Of a DNA stretch of 64,000 nucleotides, positions 1 to 10,084 are shown one piece after another; position 1 is the first letter of the stretch; each line of letters begins with the position of its first letter. A model generated the notes under the pieces. The model made no database searches. It saw only the letters and a program-made list of their open reading frames with translations, and was not told the DNA's origin. Position numbers and translations under genes: made by a program. Source of the stretch: Chloropicon primus (lineage: Eukaryota); NCBI GenBank assembly GCA_023205875.1, contig CP060757.1:1116001-1180000 (forward strand), in the 5' to 3' direction.

Positions 1-555
1 GAAACCCGGCGGCACGACGTCGTGGCGGTCGCTGGCGCGCGGCGAGCGAGCAAAGCGGGGGCTGCTCCCCTCGTCGACCCCCTCGAAGTGGGGCGGCGGA
101 GGAGGCGGCCGCGCCGCGCCGGCGCTCTCGACCTGCTTCTTCTTGTAGTGCGCGCTCACGAGCTCTTCCATGTCAATGTCGAAGTACTCGTCGTCCTCCA
201 ACTCCACCACCTCGGGCTCGCTCCCCCTCTCCGCCGCCGCGAGAGGCGGGGCCACCCCAGCCCCGCCCTGCTGCCGCACATTCAGGTTCACCGCGGCGGC
301 CTGCCGCGGCGGGGCGGCCCTGCTGACGCCCGCGACCGGGTCGCTCCGCCCACACCTCCCGACGTTCCCTCGGTCGAAAGCCACGCGACCGCACAGCTTC
401 CCGAACGCCTCCCTGCACCGCTCCGCGAGGACATGCCGAGGGCCGAGACCACCCAGCTCGCTCTCCCCCGGCCGGTGCTCCACCGCCTCCATTCTGAGAC
501 GCCCTCCGCCCCTCGAAGAGTACGTGAACCCCTCCCAATACCCCTCCATCGCCAT
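1..555 (-). CDS. 5' part of a gene running off the window; possibly a RecQ4/BLM-type helicase N-terminus
   Basis: Minus frame from ATG at 555 appears open to base 1 (MAMEGYWEG...EVVELEDDEYFDIDMEELVSAHYKKK). The acidic D-I-D-x-x-x-(L/I)-V-x-x-H-Y stretch resembles plant RecQ4 N-termini. No helicase motifs lie inside the window. Confidence 0.35.
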   Translation of the reverse strand, partial: MAMEGYWEGFTYSSRGGGRLRMEAVEHRPGESELGGLGPRHVLAERCREAFGKLCGRVAFDRGNVGRCGRSDPVAGVSRAAPPRQAAAVNLNVRQQGGAGVAPPLAAAERGSEPEVVELEDDEYFDIDMEELVSAHYKKKQVESAGAARPPPPPPHFEGVDEGSSPRFARSPRASDRHDVVPPGF

Positions 556-782
556 CCCAGCGCTCTGCGCTCGATCATCTGTCGTCCCCTCCCTGAAGGG
601 CGCGAAATCTAACCATCGGGGATAACGGATGCGGAAAGGTCGGAGTTCCCGCAAAGGGCAATGGATATACACATCGCGAAGACGTCGACGCCGTGGGGAG
701 GCGAGGGAAGGGACTGACGCGTGCACCGTGCTGCTGCTTCTTTTGGGTTGAGTCCGTCCGCGTCTTTTTCAAGTCAGTCGTA

Positions 783-1031
783 ATGGTTTGCTCCGCGAGG
801 TTGTTGTCGCATTGGGGGGTGGCTCTGGTTTTGGTTTTGGTTTGCGCCGCGAGCGGTTGCCTGGCCGCGAGGGACGCGGGTGTCGCCGACCCGTCGCCCC
901 AGGGGTTCCTGAGGAAGTTGCTGTTCGCCGTGGAGATGCCGATCGGCCAGGGACGGTGCGCGGGGACTTTCTTCAGGGAGATGATCCCTTGCTACCTCTC
1001 CGAGTACGGCCCCACGGCCTCGTTCGCGTGA
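783..1031 (+). CDS. Small secreted hypothetical protein (may continue through an intron at 1028)
   Basis: MVCSARLLSHWGVALVLVLVCAASGCLA is signal-peptide-like, followed by an RKLL motif and Cys residues. A GTGAG donor-like site overlaps the stop. Confidence 0.4.
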   Translation: MVCSARLLSHWGVALVLVLVCAASGCLAARDAGVADPSPQGFLRKLLFAVEMPIGQGRCAGTFFREMIPCYLSEYGPTASFA

Positions 1032-1367
1032 GCCTCTCTCTCTCTCTCGTGCGCGCGCGCGCGTTGCCGTTCGGAGACCTCGGGGCACAAGAAAACACGA
1101 CCGCCGCGTCACTCCTCGTGCGTGCACGAGGGGGAGAGCTGCCGCCCAGAGTCTGCGGCGACGGCCTGCTCTCGACAGCAGCCGCGAGGAAACACTAATT
1201 TGTTTGTATTGTAATCACTGCACTGCACCAAAGAAGCTTTGGTGGCCGTGGTAACGTGGATTGTCGTGCCCGCTCCCCCCTCCCCCCTCCCCCTCCCTCT
1301 CGTTTCCAAGCCCCGCGAGTGCAGCGTTCATCGTTCAGCGCCTTCCCCTCTACGGGATCATCACATC

Positions 1368-3197
1368 ATGGCTTACGTCGGCCTCAAGGACACGCTGCGG
1401 AGGTTGGGCAGACTGAAGGCCGCGCTAGCGCGCCAGTCGGGGGGAGGGATCCTGAATGCCGGCTTCCCGGGCGGCTTCGCCAGGGACCTCCGGGTGGTGT
1501 CCTCGCACGCGGAAGAGAAACGGAGGAGGAGGATATGGGCGCCCATCTCGAGCCTGAAGTCTGCAGGGGCGAGGGCGACCGGATTCCGGGCGAGGGCCAG
1601 GCAGTTCGGGACGGGAGGCGGCGGCGCGCCGGGAGGCGAGGAGGCGAGCTGGGTCTCTCTCGGGCTGAAGAAGGAAGTCGCAGCGAGCCTCGTGAGTTCT
1701 GGGTTCCCGTTCCCTTCGCAGACCCAGAAGCTCGCTGTGCCGAAAGTGGTTGCGGGGGGCGACGTCGTCGTCGCCGCGGAGACGGGGAGCGGCAAGACGA
1801 TCGCGTACCTGGCCCCGATCCTGGACAAGCTCTCTCGCCTGCTCGAGAGCCGGGGCGGGGATACTGCCGTGGCCCTCGTCTTGTGCCCCAACGTGCAGCT
1901 GTGCAAGCAAGTCTCGGGGGTGGCGAAGGAGCTCCTGGGGGGCGCAAGCTTGAGTTCCGAGGGATCGGTGAGGGTGTTCGACGTCACCGAGGACGAGTAC
2001 GAGGAGGATGGTGCCGCGGTCGTGGTCTGCACGCCCAGCCTGTTCGAAAAGACGTTCGTTAGCTACAAGGCTGGGGCCGCTAGAGTTGATCTCAACGTCA
2101 AAGTGTTGGTGCTGGATGAGACGGACATGCTCCTCACGGGTGGGTTTGAGCCTGTCACACTGTCTATCTTGGACTGGTGCCAGTACGAGGACAAGCAGCT
2201 TAAGATCGATAGCGTGCTGGAGAACACCGGGATGACGTACGAAGACTTTCAGAAAGTCCCTTACAAGTTCAGAAGGGCGGCCTACAAGGAAGGACTCCCT
2301 GGCATGCTCGCGTCGGGCTGGCGGGGCTGGAAGGGGCACGGTTCGACCGGGGTCAAAGGCTTTGAAAAGTGCCAGTACCTGTTCACGGGGGCCACCATAC
2401 CTGACTACGGGACAAAGTCCGTGGAGCTGCAGATCCAAAAAATTTGTCCAGACGTTTCGTGGGTTCGAGGGGAAGGCTTGCACAACCCAAGCAGCTTCAA
2501 GGAGAGGCTCGCTCAGGAGTGGATCGAGGTTCGATCCATGGGAGAAGCGTATGACCTGCTGTCAGACATCGTGAGCGTCAAAGGGAACGGTCCGGGCACC
2601 GAGGGGGAGGACTTGGGCGGACTCACCGTGCCCGAGCTGAAACAGAGGCTTCGCGACGCTGAGTTACCGGTGAGTGGCAGGAAGGCGGAGCTCGTGCAGA
2701 GGCTCGTTGAACTCGGAGGCCCAGTTGCGGCTGGCACGTCGTCCTCGATCGGGAGAGTGGTGGCCTTCAACAAGGACGTCAGGCACGCGATGGAGTGTGC
2801 CGAGGCTCTTCGAGACAGCGAGGGGCTGCCCGTCTTGGAGTTCCACAGGAAAGTGCCCCTTGAGGAGAGAATGGATAATTTAGAGGTCTTCAAGAGGGCC
2901 AAGAACGCTGTGCTGGTCTGCACGGACGCGGCCTCGAGGGGGCTGGACATCCCAGACGTCTCCTGCGTCGTTCAGGTGGGCTTTGCCTCGTCCGCGGTGG
3001 ACTACCTTCACAGGATAGGGCGCACGGCACGAGCGGGGAAGAGGGGCCGCGTCGTCAATATTTACACGGGGGACAGCCTCGATTTGGTCAGGTCCGTCAC
3101 CAAGGCCATAAAAGAGGAGAGGCCTGTGCAAGACGCCTTCAGCAGGAAGAGGAGCTTCAGGAAAAAGATAAAGAAGGAGTCTCGGAAGAATTATTAG
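1368..3197 (+). CDS. DEAD-box RNA helicase (organelle RH22-like) with inserted SAP domain
   Basis: Q motif (GFPFPSQTQ), AETGSGKT, DETD, TGAT, SRGLD and HRIGRTAR. SAP motif LTVPELKQRLRDAELPVSGRKAELVQRL. Basic transit-peptide-like N-terminus. Confidence 0.9.
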   Translation: MAYVGLKDTLRRLGRLKAALARQSGGGILNAGFPGGFARDLRVVSSHAEEKRRRRIWAPISSLKSAGARATGFRARARQFGTGGGGAPGGEEASWVSLGLKKEVAASLVSSGFPFPSQTQKLAVPKVVAGGDVVVAAETGSGKTIAYLAPILDKLSRLLESRGGDTAVALVLCPNVQLCKQVSGVAKELLGGASLSSEGSVRVFDVTEDEYEEDGAAVVVCTPSLFEKTFVSYKAGAARVDLNVKVLVLDETDMLLTGGFEPVTLSILDWCQYEDKQLKIDSVLENTGMTYEDFQKVPYKFRRAAYKEGLPGMLASGWRGWKGHGSTGVKGFEKCQYLFTGATIPDYGTKSVELQIQKICPDVSWVRGEGLHNPSSFKERLAQEWIEVRSMGEAYDLLSDIVSVKGNGPGTEGEDLGGLTVPELKQRLRDAELPVSGRKAELVQRLVELGGPVAAGTSSSIGRVVAFNKDVRHAMECAEALRDSEGLPVLEFHRKVPLEERMDNLEVFKRAKNAVLVCTDAASRGLDIPDVSCVVQVGFASSAVDYLHRIGRTARAGKRGRVVNIYTGDSLDLVRSVTKAIKEERPVQDAFSRKRSFRKKIKKESRKNY

Positions 3198-3272
3198 ACA
3201 CAAATAACAGTCCGCCAATGAAAGAGCGATAATATAATTCTTAGTGTACAGTACAAAAAAAAAGCCCCCTCT

Positions 3273-4775
3273 TCAACTGGACTCCTGGAACACGAGCCCC
3301 ACAATACTGGCCAATCCCATGAGGACTCCGAGCAGGCCAACCACCAGGCAGGTCAGCTGAGTTCTCGAGAAGTGGGTGTCTCCAAACTTGTGCCGGGGCC
3401 TCATGTTCCTCCACTTTTCCTTGTCGCTCTTGTAGCAAAGCATCGAGGGCAAGATGAAGCAGACGAACACGCCAACGGTGGGCCCACTCAGCTCCAAGCC
3501 CAAGGCCAGGTCTCCAACAAGCCTCGCCAGCACGTAGATCAGAGCCAGGATCAACGTGGTTTCCACGCAAGACACGAGCAGGCCGAACTCCTCCTTTCCC
3601 ATCAAAATTAAGTTTACAGTGTGCCTGAAAGGGAGAATGATGAGTGGCATCTTGAGGATGTTGGTCAGGGATATCATCGCCCCGGCGACCAGCATAAGCT
3701 TGTCGTTGTTGAAACCGTCCAAGATCATGGAATACTTTCCCGTATCCTGCCCAAAGTAGAGGTACCCCAAAAGTCCGAAGAAAGCGTACACGAAGCAGGT
3801 GAAGATCATGCTGCCGTGAATCACGGTGTTGATGTGCCTCTTGTGCTCCCCAAGCTCAATGTAGAGGCCCACCACGTTGAACTGGCTGGCGTACGCCAAG
3901 CCCTGGATGGGCAGCGCCAGCGTCGCTATGGGCGAGTCCACGAACAGGTCGATCTTGGAGTCCTTTGCGATCCCGTGCTGGCAGAAGCGCACGCCCATAA
4001 ATATGAAGACCAGGAAGATGCTGAAGACTGCGCCGCTGCTCGACCACTTGAGGGGCGCCAGGTTGTTCGGGATGGATATGGGGAAAATCATGGCAACGCA
4101 AAGGAGCATCACGAACCAGCCTTGGCAATACCAGTGGTCGTAGTCCTCCGTCGGAAGGGCGTGCCTATAGATCGGAGTCAGCAGCTCCGCTATCGCTATC
4201 AGGACCGAAAGGCTCGCGCACAGCAGCAGCGCTATGAGCGAGATGTTGACGACCAGCTCCCCCTGCTGTCCGTAGTAATACCTTCCGAGCTCCTGCAGGT
4301 TCGTCATCCCCGACTGCTTCGAGGCCTTGACCAGGAAGACCAGCGAAATGTCTGACAGAACCGCCATCGCGATGATGAGGACGGTGCCCGTGACCGCCCC
4401 GCTGTAGTAGACCGCAATGGGGAGCGCGAGCATGCCCGTTCCCATGGAGGTGGCCATGAGGTTCGCGCTGGCGCCGATCAGGGACAGGATGGCCGACCGG
4501 GTGAGCGGCGGCGCTGGACCCTCGTCGTCAATCGGGTGGGAGTGGGAGCGAGGCCTCCCCGGCGTCCCCTGCGGCAGGAGCGTGGCCGTTTCGCTAATTC
4601 CAGACCTTTCCGGCGTTCCCAGGCCGTCCTCGAACTCTTCCCTCTGAAGCGACGACCTCCGCCGACTTATCGCGTAAGTCGACGGACTGTCCACCACCGA
4701 GGCCTCGATGCTCTCTATGTTCGGGTTCTTGGCCCTCGGCGTGTTCAGTTTCATGTCTCCTCCTTTCCTTGCCAT
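3273..4775 (-). CDS. Amino acid transporter, AAAP/SLC38 (Aa_trans) family
   Basis: NLMATSMGTGMLALP motif, about 11 hydrophobic segments, YAFFGLLGYLYFG. Confidence 0.9.
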   Translation of the reverse strand: MARKGGDMKLNTPRAKNPNIESIEASVVDSPSTYAISRRRSSLQREEFEDGLGTPERSGISETATLLPQGTPGRPRSHSHPIDDEGPAPPLTRSAILSLIGASANLMATSMGTGMLALPIAVYYSGAVTGTVLIIAMAVLSDISLVFLVKASKQSGMTNLQELGRYYYGQQGELVVNISLIALLLCASLSVLIAIAELLTPIYRHALPTEDYDHWYCQGWFVMLLCVAMIFPISIPNNLAPLKWSSSGAVFSIFLVFIFMGVRFCQHGIAKDSKIDLFVDSPIATLALPIQGLAYASQFNVVGLYIELGEHKRHINTVIHGSMIFTCFVYAFFGLLGYLYFGQDTGKYSMILDGFNNDKLMLVAGAMISLTNILKMPLIILPFRHTVNLILMGKEEFGLLVSCVETTLILALIYVLARLVGDLALGLELSGPTVGVFVCFILPSMLCYKSDKEKWRNMRPRHKFGDTHFSRTQLTCLVVGLLGVLMGLASIVGLVFQESS

Positions 4776-5290
4776 ACTCACCGACCTCGACAACCACCAC
4801 CTATATAGGAGGCATAACCATCTATCTGAGATATACCCGCCACCCTCCTTTTCGTCCCTCTCTCACTTCACACGACGTCGGTCCCTTCCCGAGCCCGAGC
4901 CGAGCCGAGTAGGGAGGACAAGAGTAAGGAGAAGGTGGAGGTGGAGGTACCCCTAGAAAAAGAAAAAGAAAGAGAAAGAGAAAGAGAAAAAGAAAGAAAA
5001 AAGTATCTCTCTCGCTCTCCGGGGCGCCGAGTGCTAATTCCCTGGAACCAATCGCGTTCTCGATTTCGCGTATTCCTTTAATCCCTTGGAGGAAGAAAGG
5101 AAAGGAAGCAATCCTTTAGCCTTGGGCCCCACGCCGCTTCCCCAGCCTCATTTTTCCCATACGGGAATTTAAATGCTGAGGATAGGGTGAGGTGGGAGGC
5201 GACAGACCGTTCCTGCGCTCTCGCTCGGCGATGATGATGATGATGTAGGACACGCACGCGCGCTCGTTCCTGCGCTCTTGCGACGGCGGG

Positions 5291-6160
5291 ATGGGTAAGG
5301 ACCTTCTGGAGAACCTCGAGAGGCAGGTGGACGAAGTGGAGTCGCTTCAGGCGATCTACGGGACGGATGAAGTTGTTGACGGGGGCGTGAGGATCGAGGT
5401 GAGCGGGCTGGATGTCGCGAGGGGGATTCTCGAGAGCGGAGGCCTGCAGGAGGGAGCGATCACCCTCCTGGTGACGTTCGGGGAGGCGGACCTCCTGCAG
5501 CTGTCGGGCGTTAGGGTTCGCCTGCCCGCCGCGTACCCGTCGGACGCGAGCCCGGTCGTCGACCTCGGCTCGAAGTTCCTCACGACGAGGTGCGGCAGCG
5601 AGCTCGTGGAACTCGCCGCAGAGTCTCTGGGAAGCGAATGCCTGTTTCAGCTGCTTCAGTCGATCGTCTCGGCGGTCGAGGAGGGGGCCAGGGAAGTGAG
5701 GGAGGAGGAGGAGCAGGCGAAGGAGGAGGAGGAGGATCTGAAGCGGCACCTCGAGGCAAAGCTCGCTGAGGGTCGCCGGGCGCAGACGAAGACGGTCCTC
5801 GGCCGCCGAATGTGCTTCTCGCACCACATCATCGCCCAGTCGAAGAGGAGCGCGGTCATCCAGTGGGCCCTCGAGCTGAAGCTGGGCGGCTGCAGCAAGA
5901 TTGGGTGGCCTGGCCTGGTATGCGTCGAGGGGGACGAGAGGCACTGCCAGATCTATATATCTATGCTTCAGCGATTGCGGTGGAAGAAGTTTGTGGTTCG
6001 CGGCGAGGAGCAGGTCGAAGCCGGGGACGGGGAGACCTTGGACAGCCTGAGGAGGCTGCCTGCCGGCTTCTGCGAGTTTCAGCAGGACGAAATGCACCTG
6101 TTCGCCGGCACGCTCAAGGACGCCGGCCTCGAGGACCTCTTCCGAACCTCCATGAAGTGA
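5291..6160 (+). CDS. RWD domain protein (RWDD2-like, DUF1115 C-terminus)
   Basis: QVDEVESLQAIY, LPAAYPSDASP (YPxxxP), and C-terminal SHHII...KIGWPGLVCVEG...LQRLRW. Confidence 0.85.
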   Translation: MGKDLLENLERQVDEVESLQAIYGTDEVVDGGVRIEVSGLDVARGILESGGLQEGAITLLVTFGEADLLQLSGVRVRLPAAYPSDASPVVDLGSKFLTTRCGSELVELAAESLGSECLFQLLQSIVSAVEEGAREVREEEEQAKEEEEDLKRHLEAKLAEGRRAQTKTVLGRRMCFSHHIIAQSKRSAVIQWALELKLGGCSKIGWPGLVCVEGDERHCQIYISMLQRLRWKKFVVRGEEQVEAGDGETLDSLRRLPAGFCEFQQDEMHLFAGTLKDAGLEDLFRTSMK

Positions 6161-6236
6161 ATACACACATATATCTTTGTACAAAATGTTTACACACAAA
6201 CCACCAAAGAGGACGCAAGCAAGCAGCTGCCGGTCG

Positions 6237-8783
6237 TCATTGGGTGGTGGTGGTCTTGGCCCGCTTGAAGCGCTCCGCCGCCCCGAGAAAGGGCTTCTTC
6301 TTCTCCGAGTCCTTCCTCTTGTTGTTGGCGACAGAGGGGGGCTGGAGGGAGCCAAAGACGTCCTGCGGGACGGCCTTCTGCTTGATCTCGAAGGCCTCGA
6401 GGACCTCCTCCTTCTCCTCCTTCTCCTTCTCCTCCTCGTCGTCGTCGATGTCGATGTCCTCCGGATTTCCCTCTTCCTCCGCCGCCGCAGGGTTCTCTTG
6501 CGCCCCGCCGCCCTGGTTCATGGTCTCCGCCTTGACGAAGCCCGGGAGGCTCGGCTTCTCCCCCGCTGCCGCTGGCGCCGCCGACGACGACGCTGCCCCC
6601 TGGCCGTAGAAAGCCGCCACCGACCTCTTGACCCGGAGCATCTCCCTGAACGTGTCCTCGTTCCCGTGAGACACCTCGAACTTGTTCCACTCCTCCCAGT
6701 AGCCCGCGCCGCCCGAGCCCCGCTCCTTGGGGTTGGCCAGCTGGCTGCCGTGCCTCAGAATGGCCCTCGCCCTGTCGATCTCCCCGAGGCCCCTCTCCAG
6801 CCTGGCGTACCTCAGGCAGACGGTCCTGACGTCGGCGTCCCCCAGGCCCTCCGGGGGCTCCACCTCGATGGCGCCCTGGTAGATTTGCCTCACCCTCGCG
6901 ACGCCGTAGAACTCCTTGGCCTTGGCGACCCAGGCGGTGAGGACGCCGAGCTTGTCCTTGGCGGGGCACACCTTCAGGGCCGACCCCAGGATCGTCATCA
7001 CGTTCTTGGCGAGGCCGTGCTCCTCCTCGAACGAGGCGTACCAGCGGTACATCTCCGCGAGCTCGGGGGCCTCGGCCGCGTCCAGGGCCCCCTCGAAGAG
7101 CTCCCTGGCCCTCTCCACCCTCCTGCCGCCGTACCTCCCCACGAACTTGCCCAGGTACGCCCTCCAGATGGAGGACGAGTGCGGGGGGCGGAAGGCCGAG
7201 ACCCCCCTCTCGTAGGCCTTGAAGGCCTCCTCGTAGTGCCTCGCCTCCTCCAGGACCGAGGCGAAGTTCAGCACCACCTGGGGCGTCGCCAGCTTGTGGT
7301 CGATCATCTCCCCGTACACCGCCTTGGTCTCCTCGAGGGTGCAGAGGCTCTCCGTGAGGTCGGCCAGGAGCATCCAGCACCTCTGGCTCTTCCTGCACGC
7401 GGAGCCCTGGGCCACGGCCTCCCTGGCCACCTCGAGGGCCCTCCCCCCGCCAGCGCCCGCCCTGATCTCCATCTCCACCCAGGCGCACCACACCGCCGCG
7501 AGGTCCTCCGGGGTCCTGTACTCGACGCCGACCGCCCTGCGGAAGACCTCCCGGGCCTGCGGGAGGTCCTTGGGTTCGGAGTCCTCGTACAGCCTGGCGA
7601 ACGCGACCCACAGGGAGTTGTGCCCGGGGGCCCGGGGGGCGCAGGTTGTGACGGCCCGGGCGTAGACCCCCGGCGCGTCCTCCGCCGGCACCATCTCCGC
7701 CCGGCGGAGCCACTCCCTCACGTTGTCCGGGTTCTGCCTCAGCAGGCACGCGTTCAGCAGGACCGGCCTGGAGGCCACGAGGTCCTCGAGGACGGCCATC
7801 AGCAGGTCCAGGCTATCGTCGTCGCCGCCCTCCTCCTCCTCCTCCATCAGGGCGCTGATCATGCTCTCCAGGTACCTCGCGTACGCGTCGAACACCAGGG
7901 CGAAGTCCCTCGCGGTGCGGGCCCCCTCGATCCCCTCCACGTACGCGTCCCTCGCCTGGGAGAACGCCCCCCTCCTGACGTGGTAGTCCGCCAGCGCGGT
8001 GTACAGCCGGCCAGACATCTCCTTGGCCGTGGTGCGCAGGCCGGACCGCAGGACGGCCTCCGCGTCCAGGCCCTCGGCCTCCGCGCCGTGGCCCACCAGG
8101 AGGTCCACCAGCTCCAGCCACAGCTCGTGCCTCGTCTTCCCCGCCAGCGAGGCGAACGACCGGTCCCGGAGCGCCTCGGCCAGGGCGCCGGCCGCCTCCC
8201 CGTGCAGCCCCCGCCCCCGGCAGAACGCCACGTACTCCTCCCGGTGCCCCGGCTCCAGCTTGAGGTACCTGCGGTAGACCCGCGCCCCGGTCTGCCAGGG
8301 CGTCGTCGCCCTCGAGGCGAACCTCAGGTACAGGGGCCACACCCACTCCGCGTGCTGGGTCACGGGGAGGGACCTCAGGCTCCGGTCGAACGCCCGCCGC
8401 GTCCGCGTGATCGACGAGCACCGCGCGCCGCGCGGCGTCAGCAGGAACTCCAGGTAAAGGCGCCACACCACGGGGTACTTGTGCATGTGGCAAAGGGCGC
8501 GCTCGAAGAGAGCGGAGACCCTCCCCGGGGCCAGGGGAGGCTCGGAGGCCAGCGCGTGCCCCAGGTACGCCCGCCAAAGCTTGTACGACCCCGGAAACGC
8601 GCGGAGGGAACGCTCGTACACCAGCGTCCTCGCCGACGCGGGGGCAGCCTCGAGGTACGCAAGCCAAGACTGCAGCGAACCCGGACCGCGCAGGAGCTCC
8701 TCCTCGTGCCGAAGGAGGCCGGGGTCGGAGGACAGGGCCGCGGTCAGGGCCTGAACGGCGCGCGAAGACGACGACGACGCCAT
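6237..8783 (-). CDS. SYF1: Pre-mRNA splicing factor SYF1/XAB2 (HAT repeats)
   Basis: YERSLRAFPGSYKLW, FDRSLRSLPVTQH, LRQNPDNVREW, FEVSHGNEDTFREMLRVKRSV, NPEDIDID. Confidence 0.92.
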   Translation of the reverse strand: MASSSSSRAVQALTAALSSDPGLLRHEEELLRGPGSLQSWLAYLEAAPASARTLVYERSLRAFPGSYKLWRAYLGHALASEPPLAPGRVSALFERALCHMHKYPVVWRLYLEFLLTPRGARCSSITRTRRAFDRSLRSLPVTQHAEWVWPLYLRFASRATTPWQTGARVYRRYLKLEPGHREEYVAFCRGRGLHGEAAGALAEALRDRSFASLAGKTRHELWLELVDLLVGHGAEAEGLDAEAVLRSGLRTTAKEMSGRLYTALADYHVRRGAFSQARDAYVEGIEGARTARDFALVFDAYARYLESMISALMEEEEEGGDDDSLDLLMAVLEDLVASRPVLLNACLLRQNPDNVREWLRRAEMVPAEDAPGVYARAVTTCAPRAPGHNSLWVAFARLYEDSEPKDLPQAREVFRRAVGVEYRTPEDLAAVWCAWVEMEIRAGAGGGRALEVAREAVAQGSACRKSQRCWMLLADLTESLCTLEETKAVYGEMIDHKLATPQVVLNFASVLEEARHYEEAFKAYERGVSAFRPPHSSSIWRAYLGKFVGRYGGRRVERARELFEGALDAAEAPELAEMYRWYASFEEEHGLAKNVMTILGSALKVCPAKDKLGVLTAWVAKAKEFYGVARVRQIYQGAIEVEPPEGLGDADVRTVCLRYARLERGLGEIDRARAILRHGSQLANPKERGSGGAGYWEEWNKFEVSHGNEDTFREMLRVKRSVAAFYGQGAASSSAAPAAAGEKPSLPGFVKAETMNQGGGAQENPAAAEEEGNPEDIDIDDDEEEKEKEEKEEVLEAFEIKQKAVPQDVFGSLQPPSVANNKRKDSEKKKPFLGAAERFKRAKTTTTQ

Positions 8784-8896
8784 CGTCGACGAGTACTCGA
8801 GCAATACCGCCGGAGGGCGAGAGAAGGCGGGCGGGCGGGCGGGGGCGCACAGCTGTACATATCAAACAAATTTGCGTGAAAAATGTACACCACTTC

Positions 8897-8968
8897 GGGA
8901 TAATGGTCTAGTGGTATGATTCTCGCTTTGGGTGCGAGAGGTCCGGGGTTCGATTCCCTGTTGTCCCC
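8897..8968 (+). tRNA. tRNA-Pro(UGG), intact
   Basis: 72 nt. Acceptor stem GGGATAA/TTGTCCC, D arm TGGTCTAGTGG, anticodon arm CTCGC-TT TGG GT-GCGAG, T loop GGTTCGATTCC. Confidence 0.95.
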
Positions 8969-9111
8969 TTGAAAACGGAACAAAACGATCGAAATGTGGA
9001 GCCGGGTAATCACCCCCGGGGTCACCCCAGCAAAGCCTCAGCCGAGCGACGCGTCGAACTCAAAGACGCGGCTTTTTTTTTTCCCCTGTCCCTCCCTCCC
9101 TCCCTCCCCCC

Positions 9112-9146
<35 letters not shown>

Positions 9147-9836
9147 CCCTCCCTCCCTGTCCCTCCCGTCCCTCCCTGTCCCTCCCTGTCCCTTGTTCTT
9201 ATCCTTCTTCCACAAACAAACAAGCAAACAAACAAACAAGCAAAACAATGTGCTAACACGCAACAAAACGTACACAACATCATTCCCCTCTTTATCTTCT
9301 TATCCTTCCCCCAACAACAACATGTGCTGCTGCATGCATCTTCATCTTCCCGCCACCAATTGTATATGTATCACCACCTCTCCCCCCCCCACCCGCTGCT
9401 GCTGGATCATCTCCCTCACCGCGTCGCCGCTCACCTCCTTGTCCCGCACCAGCCTCGCCGCCAAGTCGTCCAGGACCCCCCTCATCTCCTCGCCCCCAAG
9501 CACCCTGAGGTTCTCCCGGTGGGCCTCCTCCAGCATCGAGCGGACCTCGTGCTCGCACCTCCACCGGGTGCGCTCGCTCGGGCCGCACATGCCGTTGGGG
9601 TTCCGGCCGCCCTCCAGGCCGCTCGTAACGTCCAGGAGCTCCTGCCTCTGCACCTGGACCTGGGGGTCCGAGAACACGATGCCGCTGGTGAACAGGTCGC
9701 TCGGGAAGGTGTACGGCAGGACCTCCAGGCCGCCGACCATCCCGGCGTTGAGCATCTTGACGCAGATGTCCGAGGCCCGGGCCACGTCCAGGCTGCTGTA
9801 CGTGGTGGGCTCCCCGAACGCGAGCTCCTCCGATAA

Positions 9837-9908
9837 GCGATAATGGTCTAGTGGTATGATTCTCGCTTTGGGTGCGAGAGGTCCGGGGTTCGATTCCCTG
9901 TTGTCCCC
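9837..9908 (+). tRNA. tRNA-Pro(UGG) copy 2, G2>C acceptor-stem mismatch (possible pseudo-tRNA)
   Basis: Identical to 8897 except that it begins GCGATAA. Confidence 0.8.
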
Positions 9909-10049
9909 TTGAAAACGGAACAAAACGATCGAAATGTGGAGCCGGGTAATCACCCCCGGGGTCACCCCAGCAAAGCCTCAGCCGAGCGACGCGTCGAACT
10001 CAAAGACGCGGCTTTTTTTTTCCCCTGTCCCTCCCTCCCTCCCCCTCCC

Positions 10050-10084
<35 letters not shown>

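Noticed and set aside
5205..5285. (GAT)5 flanked by a 14-bp direct repeat CGTTCCTGCGCTCT
   Set aside because: A 5' UTR microsatellite. The ATGATGA match has no partner D box or guide.
6177..8879. 900-aa plus-strand ORF (also 12367..15651, 19990..21846, 24700..26211 and others)
   Set aside because: Antisense shadows of GC3-rich genes (SYF1, FtsHi, ABCF, XDH), with no recognisable motifs.
9342..9965. Chimeric ORFs MTPGVITRL... reading through the antisense tRNA into the FtsH C-terminus
   Set aside because: They start at non-ATG codons and arise by chance from the junction, with no promoter evidence.
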